From the NCBI GenBank assembly GCA_963806855.1, contig CAWDYW010000001.1, forward strand, positions 352,001-416,000: a stretch of DNA of 64,000 nt. The letters are read 5' to 3'. The notes beneath the pieces are model-generated. The model saw only the letters and a list, made by a program, of their open reading frames with translations, did not search any database and was not told where the DNA came from. This document shows positions 39,186 to 49,197 of the stretch, piece after piece. The position numbers and the translations under genes are program-made. Source of the stretch: an uncultured Verrucomicrobiae bacterium (lineage in GTDB: Bacteria; Chlamydiota; Chlamydiia; Chlamydiales; Rhabdochlamydiaceae). Position 1 is the stretch's first letter. Every line of letters starts with the position of its first letter.

Positions 39186-39647
39186 ATGAAAAAACAAAAA
39201 ATTGAAAAAGAGTGGATTTATGAAGGATTGGGGTTCCCAATTGTCCTTCGGAATGTGCCAATGATCGAGCTTCGTGGCATCTGGACTCTTGATGTCGACT
39301 TGAATATTTTGCAGAAAGTTGTGCTTCTAGCCCTTGCGCATCATCCATCAGATCTCACTGGTAATCAAATCCGTTTCATCAGAACTTGGCTTGGCTTAAC
39401 GCAATCAGAATTTGGAAAATTATTTGGTGTTACGCACCCTGCAATTGTCAAATGGGAAAAAACAGAAAATAGAGGCTCCAAAATGAATCTCACTACCCAA
39501 AGAGACCTCAGGCTACTTTTGCTAGATCGGTTGTTGACTAGAGATGACGATTTTCGAAGGGCCTTTAAAATTGTCCATATCACTAAGTTTACAAGCACCA
39601 TTCAACTGCTTGAGTTTGATGTCCCGATTGATTTGGTAGCAGTATAA
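39186..39647 (+). CDS. XRE/HTH protein, putative MqsA-like antitoxin
   Basis: LTGNQIRFIRTWLGLTQSEFGKLFGVTHPAIVKWE. Confidence 0.78.
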   Translation: MKKQKIEKEWIYEGLGFPIVLRNVPMIELRGIWTLDVDLNILQKVVLLALAHHPSDLTGNQIRFIRTWLGLTQSEFGKLFGVTHPAIVKWEKTENRGSKMNLTTQRDLRLLLLDRLLTRDDDFRRAFKIVHITKFTSTIQLLEFDVPIDLVAV

Positions 39648-39648
39648 G

Positions 39649-40182
39649 TTAATCCTCAATCATCGGAAGCGCATCCCCTTTTTTCCGAGGGACCGCCTTA
39701 AAGCCGCACCCTTTGAGCATCCGGGGGACGCCGAAGGCCTCGATCACCGGCCATTTGCGGCAGACCATGGGACGGAGCTTGTGGTGCTTGCAGGAGCCAT
39801 CTTTTTGCAGATAGCGACAGCCCATCACCATCACCTTGTGATTTTCATACTCATATTCTTCGTCGCTCCGCAGATAGAAGCCATTGATCTCGGTGTTCCA
39901 AAATTTAAAGAGCCAGCCGAAGAGCCCTTTGGGTTTGCGGATCATGATGTAGTGGCAGCAGTTGCCCCGCTTCTTGCATTTGCCAACTTGTTTGTAGGGA
40001 GGAGGGATGAGCCATCGGGCCACCCGTTGCATCGCCACATCGAGCAGCACGAACGGGAGGAAGAAAACACGAATGGGCCAGCGGATCCACCCCGGTACCT
40101 TTTGGCGGGGGATCCCATTCTGGGGTAAGGGGGGCTGCTCGGTCGCTTCCCCTGCTTTAAAGATGATATCTTCTAAATCCAC
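39649..40182 (-). CDS. YkgJ-like cysteine-cluster protein
   Basis: CKKRGNCC, CRYLQKDGSC..H..RPMVCR.WP. Confidence 0.75.
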   Translation of the reverse strand: MDLEDIIFKAGEATEQPPLPQNGIPRQKVPGWIRWPIRVFFLPFVLLDVAMQRVARWLIPPPYKQVGKCKKRGNCCHYIMIRKPKGLFGWLFKFWNTEINGFYLRSDEEYEYENHKVMVMGCRYLQKDGSCKHHKLRPMVCRKWPVIEAFGVPRMLKGCGFKAVPRKKGDALPMIED

Positions 40183-40222
40183 CTGTTTATTTTATTTGAA
40201 GAAGGGCCTATATATCAAGGGA

Positions 40223-42505
40223 ATGAAATATATTCGTCTTTTTGAACAGATCGGCATCCACGATGTCCCCACCGTAGGAGGGAAAAACGCCTCCTTGGGG
40301 GAGATGACTAAAAGCTTGAAAGAGGAGGGGATCCAGATCCCGATGGGATTTGCGACGACCGCCGAGGCCTTTCGGATCTTCCTCGACTACAATCAACTTC
40401 GCCCTAAAATTTTTAAGATGAAGGGGCGGGAGGCGAGGGCGGCTGTCATGAAAGGGCGATTCCCTGAAGAATTCAAGGGGGAAATCCTCGCAGCCTATCG
40501 GGAGCTGGCGAAACGATATGGGAAAAAAGAGATCGATGTGGCCGTTCGCAGCAGCGCCACAGCTGAGGATCTGCCCGACGCCAGTTTTGCTGGGCAGCAG
40601 GAGACCTACCTCAACATAGTCGGGGAAAAGGGGCTGATGATCGCCTGTAAAAAATGTTTTGCCTCCCTGTTCACCGATCGGGCGATCGTCTACCGGAATG
40701 AAAAAGGATTTGCCCATGATCAGGTGGCCCTTTCGATCGGCGTGCAAAAGATGGTCCGCTCTGATTTGGGCAGCTCGGGGGTGATGTTCACGATCGATAC
40801 CGAGACCGGTTTTCCTAGGGTCGTCGTGATCAACAGCGCCTTTGGCCTTGGTGAAAACGTCGTCCAGGGAACGATCGAGCCCGATGAGTTTATGGTCTTC
40901 AAGCCGCTGATGGCGATTATCGAAAAGAAATTGGGAGTAAAGGGACAGAAGCTCATTTACACGAAAACGGGGACCAAAAACGTCAAACTTACGCAGAAAC
41001 AGAGCCGCCGCTTTTCCCTTGATGATGAGCAGATTCTGCAACTGGCAAAATGGGCCGTTGCAATTGAAAAACACTACCAGAAACCGATGGATATCGAATG
41101 GGCTTTAGACGGGAAAACCAAAGAGCTCTTCATCGTCCAGGCCAGACCAGAGACAGTGCAGTCGCAGAAAAAAGGGTCGATCTTCAGAACCTATTCGATC
41201 AAAAAGAAGGGCAAAACCCTGCTGCAAGGGCTTGCGATTGGCGATGCGATTGTCGCAGGACAAGCCCAAGTGATCAACTCGGTCTCCATGATCAAACAAT
41301 TTAAGCCTGGCTCAATCCTGGTGACTGAAGTAACCTCGCCCGACTGGGTCCCGATCATGAAACAGGCCAGCGGCATCATCACCAATCAGGGTGGGCGCAC
41401 TTCCCATGCCGCCATCGTCAGCCGGGAACTTGGCCTGCCCGCGATTGTCGGCACGGGTGACGGAACAAAAAAACTGAAAAGTGGGCAGACGATCACCCTC
41501 TCCTGCGCAGAAGGGGAACAGGGTTTTGTCTACGAAGGGGCGGTCGATTTCGAGCAGAAAGAGATCGATGTGAGCAAACTTCCCAAAATCAAGACAGACA
41601 TCATGCTCAACTTGGCCAGCCCCGAAGAGGCGCTCCGCTGGTGGCATTTGCCAATCAAAGGCGTGGGGCTTGCCCGGATGGAGTTCATCATCACCGAGCA
41701 CATCAAAATCCACCCCATGGCGCTCGTCCAATATCGGAAAATCAAGTCGGCCAAAGTGCGGCGCGAGATCGACAACCTCACCTTCCTCTACAAAGATCGG
41801 ACAGAGCATTTCGTCGAGAATCTGGCCCTTGGGATCGCCAAAATCGCCGCATCGGTCTACCCCCATCCTGTGATCGTCCGGATGAGCGATTTCAAAACCA
41901 ACGAGTATGCCAATCTGATCGGCGGCGCCCAATTTGAACCCCACGAAGAGAACCCGATGCTCGGCTTTCGCGGCGCCTCCCGCTACTACAACCCCCGTTA
42001 CCGAGACGGCTTTGCCCTCGAATGCGCGGCTCTCAAGCGGGTCCGTCAGTGGGGCTTCACCAACGTCCTAGCGATGATCCCCTTCTGTCGCACCCTCGAA
42101 GAGGCCGACAAAGTGATCCAAGTGATGGCGGACGAGGGACTCAAAAGGGGAGAAATCCAAATCTACGTGATGTGCGAGATCCCCTCGAATGTCATCCTCG
42201 CCGAAGAGTTCGCCGATCGGTTTGATGGCTTCTCAATTGGCTCCAATGACCTGACCCAACTCGTCCTCGGCATCGACCGGGACTCAGCCGAACTGGCCCC
42301 CCTCTTCGACGAGAGGAACGAAGCAGTCAAAAAGATGATCATCCAGGTCATCAAAGTAGCCAATCGCAAAGGAGTGAAGATCGGCATCTGCGGCCAGGCC
42401 CCAAGCGATCACCCCGACTACGCTGAATTCCTAGTCAAAGCTGGCATCAACACCATCTCCCTCAACCCCGATAGCGTCATCGGCGTAATCAAACGTTTAG
42501 CCTAA
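40223..42505 (+). CDS. ppsA: Phosphoenolpyruvate synthase
   Basis: VGGKNASLGEM, AVRSSATAEDLP, GGRTSHAAI, FSIGSNDLTQ and ICGQAPSD motifs. Confidence 0.96.
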   Translation: MKYIRLFEQIGIHDVPTVGGKNASLGEMTKSLKEEGIQIPMGFATTAEAFRIFLDYNQLRPKIFKMKGREARAAVMKGRFPEEFKGEILAAYRELAKRYGKKEIDVAVRSSATAEDLPDASFAGQQETYLNIVGEKGLMIACKKCFASLFTDRAIVYRNEKGFAHDQVALSIGVQKMVRSDLGSSGVMFTIDTETGFPRVVVINSAFGLGENVVQGTIEPDEFMVFKPLMAIIEKKLGVKGQKLIYTKTGTKNVKLTQKQSRRFSLDDEQILQLAKWAVAIEKHYQKPMDIEWALDGKTKELFIVQARPETVQSQKKGSIFRTYSIKKKGKTLLQGLAIGDAIVAGQAQVINSVSMIKQFKPGSILVTEVTSPDWVPIMKQASGIITNQGGRTSHAAIVSRELGLPAIVGTGDGTKKLKSGQTITLSCAEGEQGFVYEGAVDFEQKEIDVSKLPKIKTDIMLNLASPEEALRWWHLPIKGVGLARMEFIITEHIKIHPMALVQYRKIKSAKVRREIDNLTFLYKDRTEHFVENLALGIAKIAASVYPHPVIVRMSDFKTNEYANLIGGAQFEPHEENPMLGFRGASRYYNPRYRDGFALECAALKRVRQWGFTNVLAMIPFCRTLEEADKVIQVMADEGLKRGEIQIYVMCEIPSNVILAEEFADRFDGFSIGSNDLTQLVLGIDRDSAELAPLFDERNEAVKKMIIQVIKVANRKGVKIGICGQAPSDHPDYAEFLVKAGINTISLNPDSVIGVIKRLA

Positions 42506-42742
42506 ATTGTGGCAATTCCGCCGAATCGTCATTTTTTTAAGACTTTTGGCGAATTATCGCTATGCCAAATTGGAAAATGCATTTCTCGTGGTCCAAAGTC
42601 GCCATTTTTCACTGCGCTGGGTATATTTCTGTCCATTTGATCCCATTTGCGATTTTTTTTATATTGCACAAAAATGGATGGAATAGGAGAGAATGGTGGA
42701 ACTTAAAAGGGGTTTTAAGTGCCTCAAATGAAAGGGAAATAA

Positions 42743-44488
42743 ATGGTCGTGGATGAGTATCTCCCTAAATCCGCTTTGACTTTTGTATATTCAATTATAA
42801 AAAAAATCAAAAAATCAAAAATTGGATTAATAGCGGTTTTGATCTTTATTGGGCAAGGATTGTATGTTTCATTGCCCGGTTTATTAGGTCTTCTAATTGA
42901 TAAGATAATAGTGCAAAGTTCATGGCAGCTAATATGGATCCTATTATTCCCAACCACCTGGTTATTTTCGATTTTCTTTTCATCTATCGGCAAGTTTTAT
43001 ATATCTAGTATTACACAAGATGTGAGAAAGATTTCAAAAGAATTGATATTTAAACATATAATTCGATTGCCGAATAGTGTTTATATAGGTCGGGATGCAG
43101 GAGAAGTTGAGCATCTCATGCACGAGCTTTCTTTTAATGCGAGATATTTATTTAATGAAAGCTTTCCCTTTTTTTTTCGAACGATTGTAACAATATTTGT
43201 TTCAATTTTAATCGTATCTTATACCTCTGTCGAGCTCATTTTTTTATTTTTAATTTGGACTATTGCCTATATCCCCATCTCGTATCTGAGTTCAAAAAGA
43301 TCGGTGATTTTTGTAGCGGAATCATTAGTGAGTTCTGCGGATGTTAGTGCCTCAACAGTTGAAGTTATTGAAAATCATGAGCTTATACCAGCATTTGGAA
43401 CCGAGAGTTTTGAATGTAAGAGATTTGATAAGTTCCTTCAAAGGGAAAAAGACTGTTATAATAAAACTCAGAAAAAGATAGATAAAGCTGAACTATTTCA
43501 AAGGCTTTTACTGTTTTCTTTGCCGCTCGCCATTACAATATTTCTTATTTATTCTGAGAGGCTTTCTAATATGACTCCCGGGTCAATTGCGAGTATATTT
43601 TCTTTCACCCTCATTTTGGCCCATCAAGTAGGTGATTTTGGAAGAGGCATATTGGCAACAATGGAAATGGGAGAAAGAATGAAGGTTGCACTTCAAAATC
43701 TATCTTCTCCTCATCAAGCAGATCAGCAACCAAATCAAAAGGAAGTAGCAAAACCTGAACATTGGGGTATTGTTTTCAAGGATGTTAATTTCAATTATGA
43801 AAGTCAGCACACTGGAATATCAGATCTCAATCTGGAGATTAAGGAAAATGAAAAAGTGGGAATTATTGGCTATTCTGGTGCTGGCAAAACTACTTTAGTT
43901 AAATTGTTGCGAGGTTTTTATTCTGCAAATTCAGGGCGCGTTTCAATTGGAGGTTATGAAATAAATAAAATCGATCCAAAATGGTTGGCGCAAAATATTG
44001 CAGAAGTTTCTCAGACTATTCCCCTGTTCCATCGGTCTATTCGTGAAAATGTTGCTTATGGCTGCGAAATTACTGCTGATGAGGATATTTGGGAGGCTTT
44101 AAAGAAAGCACATATTGCAGAGTATGTTAAAAAGCTGCCTATGGGTCTAGATACAATAGTAGGAGTGAGGGGACAAAAATTATCTGGGGGAGAAAGGGCT
44201 AGGATAGGAATTGCTAGAGCATTGATACGGAAGGCAAAAATAATTATTTTCGATGAAGCAACTGCGGCTGTTGATTCAAAATCTGAAAGGCTTATTCAAA
44301 TGGGATTAGAGGAGGCTATGAGAGGCCGCACTTTTATCGCGATTGCGCATAGATTGTCTACTCTTCGTAAAATGGATAGAATCCTTGTAATGGACAAGGG
44401 GCAAGTAGTGGCTGATGGTTCTCATGAAGAACTCATTAATCAAAATGACCTTTATAATCAATTATGGTCCTCTCAAATTCTTATTTAG
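42743..44488 (+). CDS. ABC exporter (fused TMD-NBD)
   Basis: GYSGAGKT, LSGGERAR, FDEATA and IAHRLST motifs; N-terminal TM segments. Confidence 0.93.
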   Translation: MVVDEYLPKSALTFVYSIIKKIKKSKIGLIAVLIFIGQGLYVSLPGLLGLLIDKIIVQSSWQLIWILLFPTTWLFSIFFSSIGKFYISSITQDVRKISKELIFKHIIRLPNSVYIGRDAGEVEHLMHELSFNARYLFNESFPFFFRTIVTIFVSILIVSYTSVELIFLFLIWTIAYIPISYLSSKRSVIFVAESLVSSADVSASTVEVIENHELIPAFGTESFECKRFDKFLQREKDCYNKTQKKIDKAELFQRLLLFSLPLAITIFLIYSERLSNMTPGSIASIFSFTLILAHQVGDFGRGILATMEMGERMKVALQNLSSPHQADQQPNQKEVAKPEHWGIVFKDVNFNYESQHTGISDLNLEIKENEKVGIIGYSGAGKTTLVKLLRGFYSANSGRVSIGGYEINKIDPKWLAQNIAEVSQTIPLFHRSIRENVAYGCEITADEDIWEALKKAHIAEYVKKLPMGLDTIVGVRGQKLSGGERARIGIARALIRKAKIIIFDEATAAVDSKSERLIQMGLEEAMRGRTFIAIAHRLSTLRKMDRILVMDKGQVVADGSHEELINQNDLYNQLWSSQILI

Positions 44489-44517
44489 AGAAATACACAA
44501 AAAAAATGGAGATAGGT

Positions 44518-45852
44518 ATGCGCCTTTGTTTGTTCCTGCTATTTAGCACTACAGTCCTCTTTGGCGAAGCCTGGGACCATGCGACTGTCAGCGCCTATGC
44601 GGTGCACATGGGGACCGGTGAAGTGCTGATCGATGAAAATAGCGATAAGTGTTTAGTTCCCTCGTCGTGCATGAAAGTGGTGACAACCGCTGCTGCGCTT
44701 GAGATTTTGGGGCCCGAGAGCAGATTCCAGACCGATTTGGAGATCGATGGGATACTTGAGAATGGGGTGCTGAAGGGAAATTTGGTCATTCGGGGCGGTG
44801 GCGATCCATGCTTGGGGTCTGATGCGATGGGCTCATCTTGGGAAAAGCAGATCGAGCAATGGGCAACAGCTGTGTGCGAGAAGGGAATCAAGAAAATTGA
44901 GGGCAGGGTCATCGGCGATGCCTCTCGATGGGAAAAGGCCCTTGCGGCTCCAAGCTGGGAATGGGAAGATTTGGGGAACTACTATGGGGCCGGCGCTTGC
45001 GCATTGTCTTTTCATGAAAATAGCTACGCGCTCTTCTTTAAACCGGGGAAAAAGGAGGGTGACGCGGCGGCTGTGGTGAGAACGGAGCCGGCGGTTTTAA
45101 CTGTCAATTTCCAAAATGAGATCAAAACCGGGCCGATTGGTTCGGGGGATCGGGCCTGTATCTATGGTTCGGAGTTTTCTTCGTTGCAACATTTGCGAGG
45201 GACAATTCCGCTGGGAGTCAATGAATTTGCAATCAAGGGAGCCATCCCCGACCCGGCAGCTTTCTGCGCTAATTTGCTCGCTCAGGCATTGCAGAAGAGG
45301 GGAATTGTGGTGGGAAATCAGGTGATGGGAGGTGGCAAACGGGCCATTTTGCTGACTACCTATTCGCCAAGTTTGAAAGAGATTGTCCATCGGACGAACC
45401 AGAAAAGTGTCAATTTGTATGCAGAGCATCTGCTCAAAAGAATTGGAGAAGTGCTACTCAAGGATGGGTCGACCGGTAGCGGGACAAAAGCGGTGACCGA
45501 GTTCTGGCGTGCGCAAAAAGTCGATTTGGATGGGTTTAACATGGTCGATGGATCGGGACTATCGCGGAAGAATTTGATTACAACCAAGCAGTTAGTTTCC
45601 GTTTTGCTGAAAATGAAAAAGTCGGAGCATTTTCCCGTGTTCTTCGAATCGCTCCCGCAGAAAAATGAGCAGGTGAGGGCAAAGGATGGCAGCATGTCTT
45701 TGAACAGAGGCTATACTGGCTATGCGGGAGATATCGCCTTTGCCATCTTGGTCAACGGATGTACCGACTCGAAGAAGATGAAAGAGAAGATCGAACTCTT
45801 CCTCCAGGATTTAGACCGGTACGGACAGATGGCAGTGAAGGAACAGGATTGA
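44518..45852 (+). CDS. dacB: D-Ala-D-Ala carboxypeptidase/endopeptidase (PBP4, S13)
   Basis: PSSCMK (SxxK), GGGDP, SVN (SxN), DGSGLSR, KDG (KTG variant). Confidence 0.88.
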   Translation: MRLCLFLLFSTTVLFGEAWDHATVSAYAVHMGTGEVLIDENSDKCLVPSSCMKVVTTAAALEILGPESRFQTDLEIDGILENGVLKGNLVIRGGGDPCLGSDAMGSSWEKQIEQWATAVCEKGIKKIEGRVIGDASRWEKALAAPSWEWEDLGNYYGAGACALSFHENSYALFFKPGKKEGDAAAVVRTEPAVLTVNFQNEIKTGPIGSGDRACIYGSEFSSLQHLRGTIPLGVNEFAIKGAIPDPAAFCANLLAQALQKRGIVVGNQVMGGGKRAILLTTYSPSLKEIVHRTNQKSVNLYAEHLLKRIGEVLLKDGSTGSGTKAVTEFWRAQKVDLDGFNMVDGSGLSRKNLITTKQLVSVLLKMKKSEHFPVFFESLPQKNEQVRAKDGSMSLNRGYTGYAGDIAFAILVNGCTDSKKMKEKIELFLQDLDRYGQMAVKEQD

Positions 45853-45857
45853 ACTAG

Positions 45858-46283
45858 TCATTCGCAAGGGTTAAATAAACGGATTCCGGTTTGCTCAAAA
45901 TCCTTGATATTGTCCGTGACTAGGATGAGATGATGTTGGATTGCAGAGGCAGAAAGGAGTGAGTCAATAATAGGTAAAACAATCCCTTTTCGCTGGGCAT
46001 TACCACAAAGTTCTCCCCAAATAGAGGCCGTCTCTGAATTAATCTCGAGAATACGACCTTCAAATCGAGGAATGAGTTCTCCCATCAACCAATTTTCAAG
46101 AACCATCTTATGCTTGGCCTCAGGAGTCTTCGTTATACCTTTCTGGATTTCTCCTATAGTGAGCGCGCTAATAAAGTAAGATGATTCTGAATGTTTCCCA
46201 AACCAGGATTCAAGCTTCTTGTTAGGATGGGTTTTTATTTTTCTAAGTTTTGAGAGAATGCAAGTATCCAGCAAATAACTCAT
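45858..46283 (-). CDS. vapC: VapC PIN-domain toxin
   Basis: YLLDTCILS, TIGEI, DSLL and LVTDN.KDF motifs. Confidence 0.9.
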   Translation of the reverse strand: MSYLLDTCILSKLRKIKTHPNKKLESWFGKHSESSYFISALTIGEIQKGITKTPEAKHKMVLENWLMGELIPRFEGRILEINSETASIWGELCGNAQRKGIVLPIIDSLLSASAIQHHLILVTDNIKDFEQTGIRLFNPCE

Positions 46284-46588
46284 AAGTCAATGGCTCTTCC
46301 CGTATCTTTATTTCGTTCTACGTCAATATCGACATCTGGAAGGGGAGCATCCCGAAAGAAATCTAATAAAGTGTTCTTGGGCTTAGTGAGTTTTTCAAAT
46401 TCTTTTGTAGAAATAACCAGGACGACCGGATTTCCATTTTTAGTAATCGTCTGATACCCATCTTCTATGACCTCGTTGACAAGTTCTGAAAAGCGTGCTT
46501 TTGCTTCTTGCAATTGCCAAACTCTTCGAGGTCTTGGCTTCTGGATTTTTTTTATCGTTGAAGGACGTCTCTTTCTAATCTTTGACAT
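46280..46588 (-). CDS. Phd/YefM family antitoxin
   Basis: WQLQEAKARFSELV...QTITKNG; 4-bp overlap with vapC. Confidence 0.9.
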   Translation of the reverse strand: MSKIRKRRPSTIKKIQKPRPRRVWQLQEAKARFSELVNEVIEDGYQTITKNGNPVVLVISTKEFEKLTKPKNTLLDFFRDAPLPDVDIDVERNKDTGRAIDL

Positions 46589-46758
46589 ACCTATCCAATC
46601 TAGTCTGACTAGTCTTATTTTAATGCGAACAGGGTTTAACAAGCAAGAATAATTCCTAGGCTATTGATTATAAGTGTATAAGGATTTATTAACCCGAGTC
46701 CCAAATGATAGGGACCGGTGGACTGAAATCTGACTGGGCGCAGCACTACCGTAATGAT

Positions 46759-47562
46759 TTAATTAATGGAAGAGCTTGCGCCGCCATCAACTCGAATATT
46801 GGCTCCATTGATATAGCCTGCAAGAGGACTAGCTAAAAAGGCGACTGTCGCAGCAACTTCTTCTGGTTTTCCAAGGCGTTTACTAGGTGAATCGGCGAAA
46901 CTTTGTATAAAATTGGCCTCGATCTCCTCCCATTTTGTTCCCCAGCCCTTTTCTTCGGCAATTTCTCTAAGGAATTTCTCTACACCGGGAGTCTTGATCG
47001 GACCTGGAGAGACCGTATTAGCTGTGACTCCAGTTCCAGTGAGTTCTTTGGCTAAACTAACCGAAATGACTGTATGGGCGCTCTTGGTGACTGCGTAATC
47101 GGGATCAGAGGCAAATGGTTGAGTCCCGACCACACTGCCAAATTGAATAAAACGGCCATATTTTTGCTTTCTCATGATAGGGAGAAATTCGAAAATCAAA
47201 CGGACTGCTGAAACAACGTTCTGGTTAAAAAGATCCAGCCAATTTTGGGGGGTCGTATTTGTCCATCCTCGTGTGGGATAGGCGCCTGCATTATTGACCA
47301 AAATGTCGATGCCACCGAGTTCCTTCAGGGTTTTTTGAGCAACTTTTTTTGCCTCTTCATCGGTCGTTAGGTCGCCTTGGATTTTTGAGACTTTCCCTCC
47401 AGTTTCTTGGATTTCACTGGCCACCCTCTCGAGTTCTTTTCCATTTCTCCCATGGATCATCACATGGACCCCTTCCTCTGCTAAACATTTGGCGATCGCC
47501 TCACCAATGCCTGAGCTACTGCCGGTCACAAGCGCTTTTTTCCCTTGAATTTGAAGGTCCAT
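46759..47562 (-). CDS. Short-chain dehydrogenase/reductase
   Basis: TGSSSGIG, NNAG and YAVTK motifs. Confidence 0.93.
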   Translation of the reverse strand: MDLQIQGKKALVTGSSSGIGEAIAKCLAEEGVHVMIHGRNGKELERVASEIQETGGKVSKIQGDLTTDEEAKKVAQKTLKELGGIDILVNNAGAYPTRGWTNTTPQNWLDLFNQNVVSAVRLIFEFLPIMRKQKYGRFIQFGSVVGTQPFASDPDYAVTKSAHTVISVSLAKELTGTGVTANTVSPGPIKTPGVEKFLREIAEEKGWGTKWEEIEANFIQSFADSPSKRLGKPEEVAATVAFLASPLAGYINGANIRVDGGASSSIN

Positions 47563-47648
47563 GTTTTTCTCCTCTTCAAGTATGCAATTATGTCACAAAT
47601 AATTTATTGTCAAGCTTTCTGGAGAATGGAATTGTTGTATTATTTAGC

Positions 47649-48185
47649 CTAAAGATTTAAAGATTCTTCAATTGATTTCATTTTGAATTCCAAGAATACT
47701 TTCCCCACTGCAATTTTATTTGGATCAGCGATGCCATTGCAACTTTGCACTATCGATCGATATTCATCACTTTCCTTCAACTTATCTAAAGCGGCTCCGA
47801 CGTCGTGTGGCAAATTATTCAACGGAGTTCTAATGATTTCTTCATAACCTAATGTGATATCTTGAGGCAGCTTTACCAAGTTTTTATGAAATTTTTTATG
47901 GTTATCTGTGAGGCACGCACTCACTTTCTTTAATCGAGCTAGAGTCGTTTGTAAAGCTTGGACATCCTGAACCGGCTCTTCAACCAAGGGGGGTGCCGAG
48001 GCAATTTGTGCTACTTTCCTTCCTGCAAAAGCTGCAAGAACTCCTGCTGCACCTATTGCAAGTACCGTTACTCCAATTTTTACTAAATCTGATGCCCCAT
48101 TGTCTGAGTTTCCCCTGTCAATAGGGGCGTTACCGGATGCTTTGTTACAAGCAGGTTGATTTGAATTTGTAGAATTTATACTCAT
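47649..48185 (-). CDS. Hypothetical protein with one hydrophobic segment
   Basis: S/N-rich N-terminus, hydrophobic stretch, helical C-terminus. Confidence 0.65.
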   Translation of the reverse strand: MSINSTNSNQPACNKASGNAPIDRGNSDNGASDLVKIGVTVLAIGAAGVLAAFAGRKVAQIASAPPLVEEPVQDVQALQTTLARLKKVSACLTDNHKKFHKNLVKLPQDITLGYEEIIRTPLNNLPHDVGAALDKLKESDEYRSIVQSCNGIADPNKIAVGKVFLEFKMKSIEESLNL

Positions 48186-48282
48186 AATTATCCTTGATTA
48201 AATATATAATTAATTATATATAAAATTGTAATTATCGTCAATAGATTATTATTATCATCATAAGTTGTTGAGAATTACTTAT

Positions 48283-48993
48283 TTATTTCCCCACAATCGT
48301 GTCTAACGGGCCTGTGTAGAGGACTGAGTATCCATGCGACTGTAGGTTATGGAGACAGCGGAGATATTGATCGAAGGCCATGTGAGCATGTTCAAATATA
48401 AGGATTTTCGGTTTAATTCTTCCGAAGTCAATCGATGATAGAATTACCTCGTCATGCCCTTCTGCATCAATTTGAATCACATCAACCCGATCGAGTTGAT
48501 ACTTGTCGACGATATCTTGAAGTGTCACGCATTGCACGGGGATCGCTTTAATCTCTTTATCTGAAAGTGCTGGCTTGCATTTGAAGAGATGATTGCGGTC
48601 CAATGATCCAACCAAACTCCCCCAGGCCCCTCCCACTTCATTCACCAAATGGGGATTGTTTTTGAAAAATTCAGCTTTTTCATCGACGATGTAAAAGTCA
48701 CACACTTTCCTCGAATCGGAAATCGCTACATTTTCAAAATATAGGTTAGGCTGGTTGGCATAATTTTGTTTCAGTTTTTCAAAAATGGAAGGGACTGGTT
48801 CAATCAAAATGCCCTTCCAGCAATCTTTTAAAATAAGAGAAGATAGTGGATCTGTGGGCATTAAGCCTTCATTTGACCCCACCTGAATAAAGACAATCTC
48901 GTCACCTTCAGCTTTTTTTAATAGCTCCACATTCGGTCCCTCTTTCATCGAAGTGTATTGAGGCAAATAAATTAATACAACGATGTTAAACAA
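48283..48993 (-). CDS. FkbM family methyltransferase
   Basis: FIQVGSNEG, GILIEPVP and IQIDAEGHD motifs. Confidence 0.88.
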   Translation of the reverse strand: MFNIVVLIYLPQYTSMKEGPNVELLKKAEGDEIVFIQVGSNEGLMPTDPLSSLILKDCWKGILIEPVPSIFEKLKQNYANQPNLYFENVAISDSRKVCDFYIVDEKAEFFKNNPHLVNEVGGAWGSLVGSLDRNHLFKCKPALSDKEIKAIPVQCVTLQDIVDKYQLDRVDVIQIDAEGHDEVILSSIDFGRIKPKILIFEHAHMAFDQYLRCLHNLQSHGYSVLYTGPLDTIVGK

Positions 48994-49127
48994 TGTCTTA
49001 TTTGTTTTGAAAATTACCTCGCGAGTTGTTTCACAAGCCGCGGAAGTGCTTCGATGAGATAAAAAGGAATTGAGAGAACTTGGTGCTTGAAGGAAAGGGG
49101 TAATTGGGAAATGCGCACTCCAAAGGG

Positions 49128-49187
49128 CAATTTTCTACATCTCGAGTAGATTTTACAACCCAATTTTCTACTCCTCGAGTAGATTTT
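49128..49187. repeat. Two 27-bp direct repeats at a 33-bp period
   Basis: CAATTTTCTACATCTCGAGTAGATTTT and CAATTTTCTACTCCTCGAGTAGATTTT. Confidence 0.8.
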
Positions 49188-49197
49188 CCAAGGCTTT

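Noticed and set aside
49128..49187. Possible mini-CRISPR
   Set aside because: Only two units, a 6-bp spacer and no cas genes in the window.
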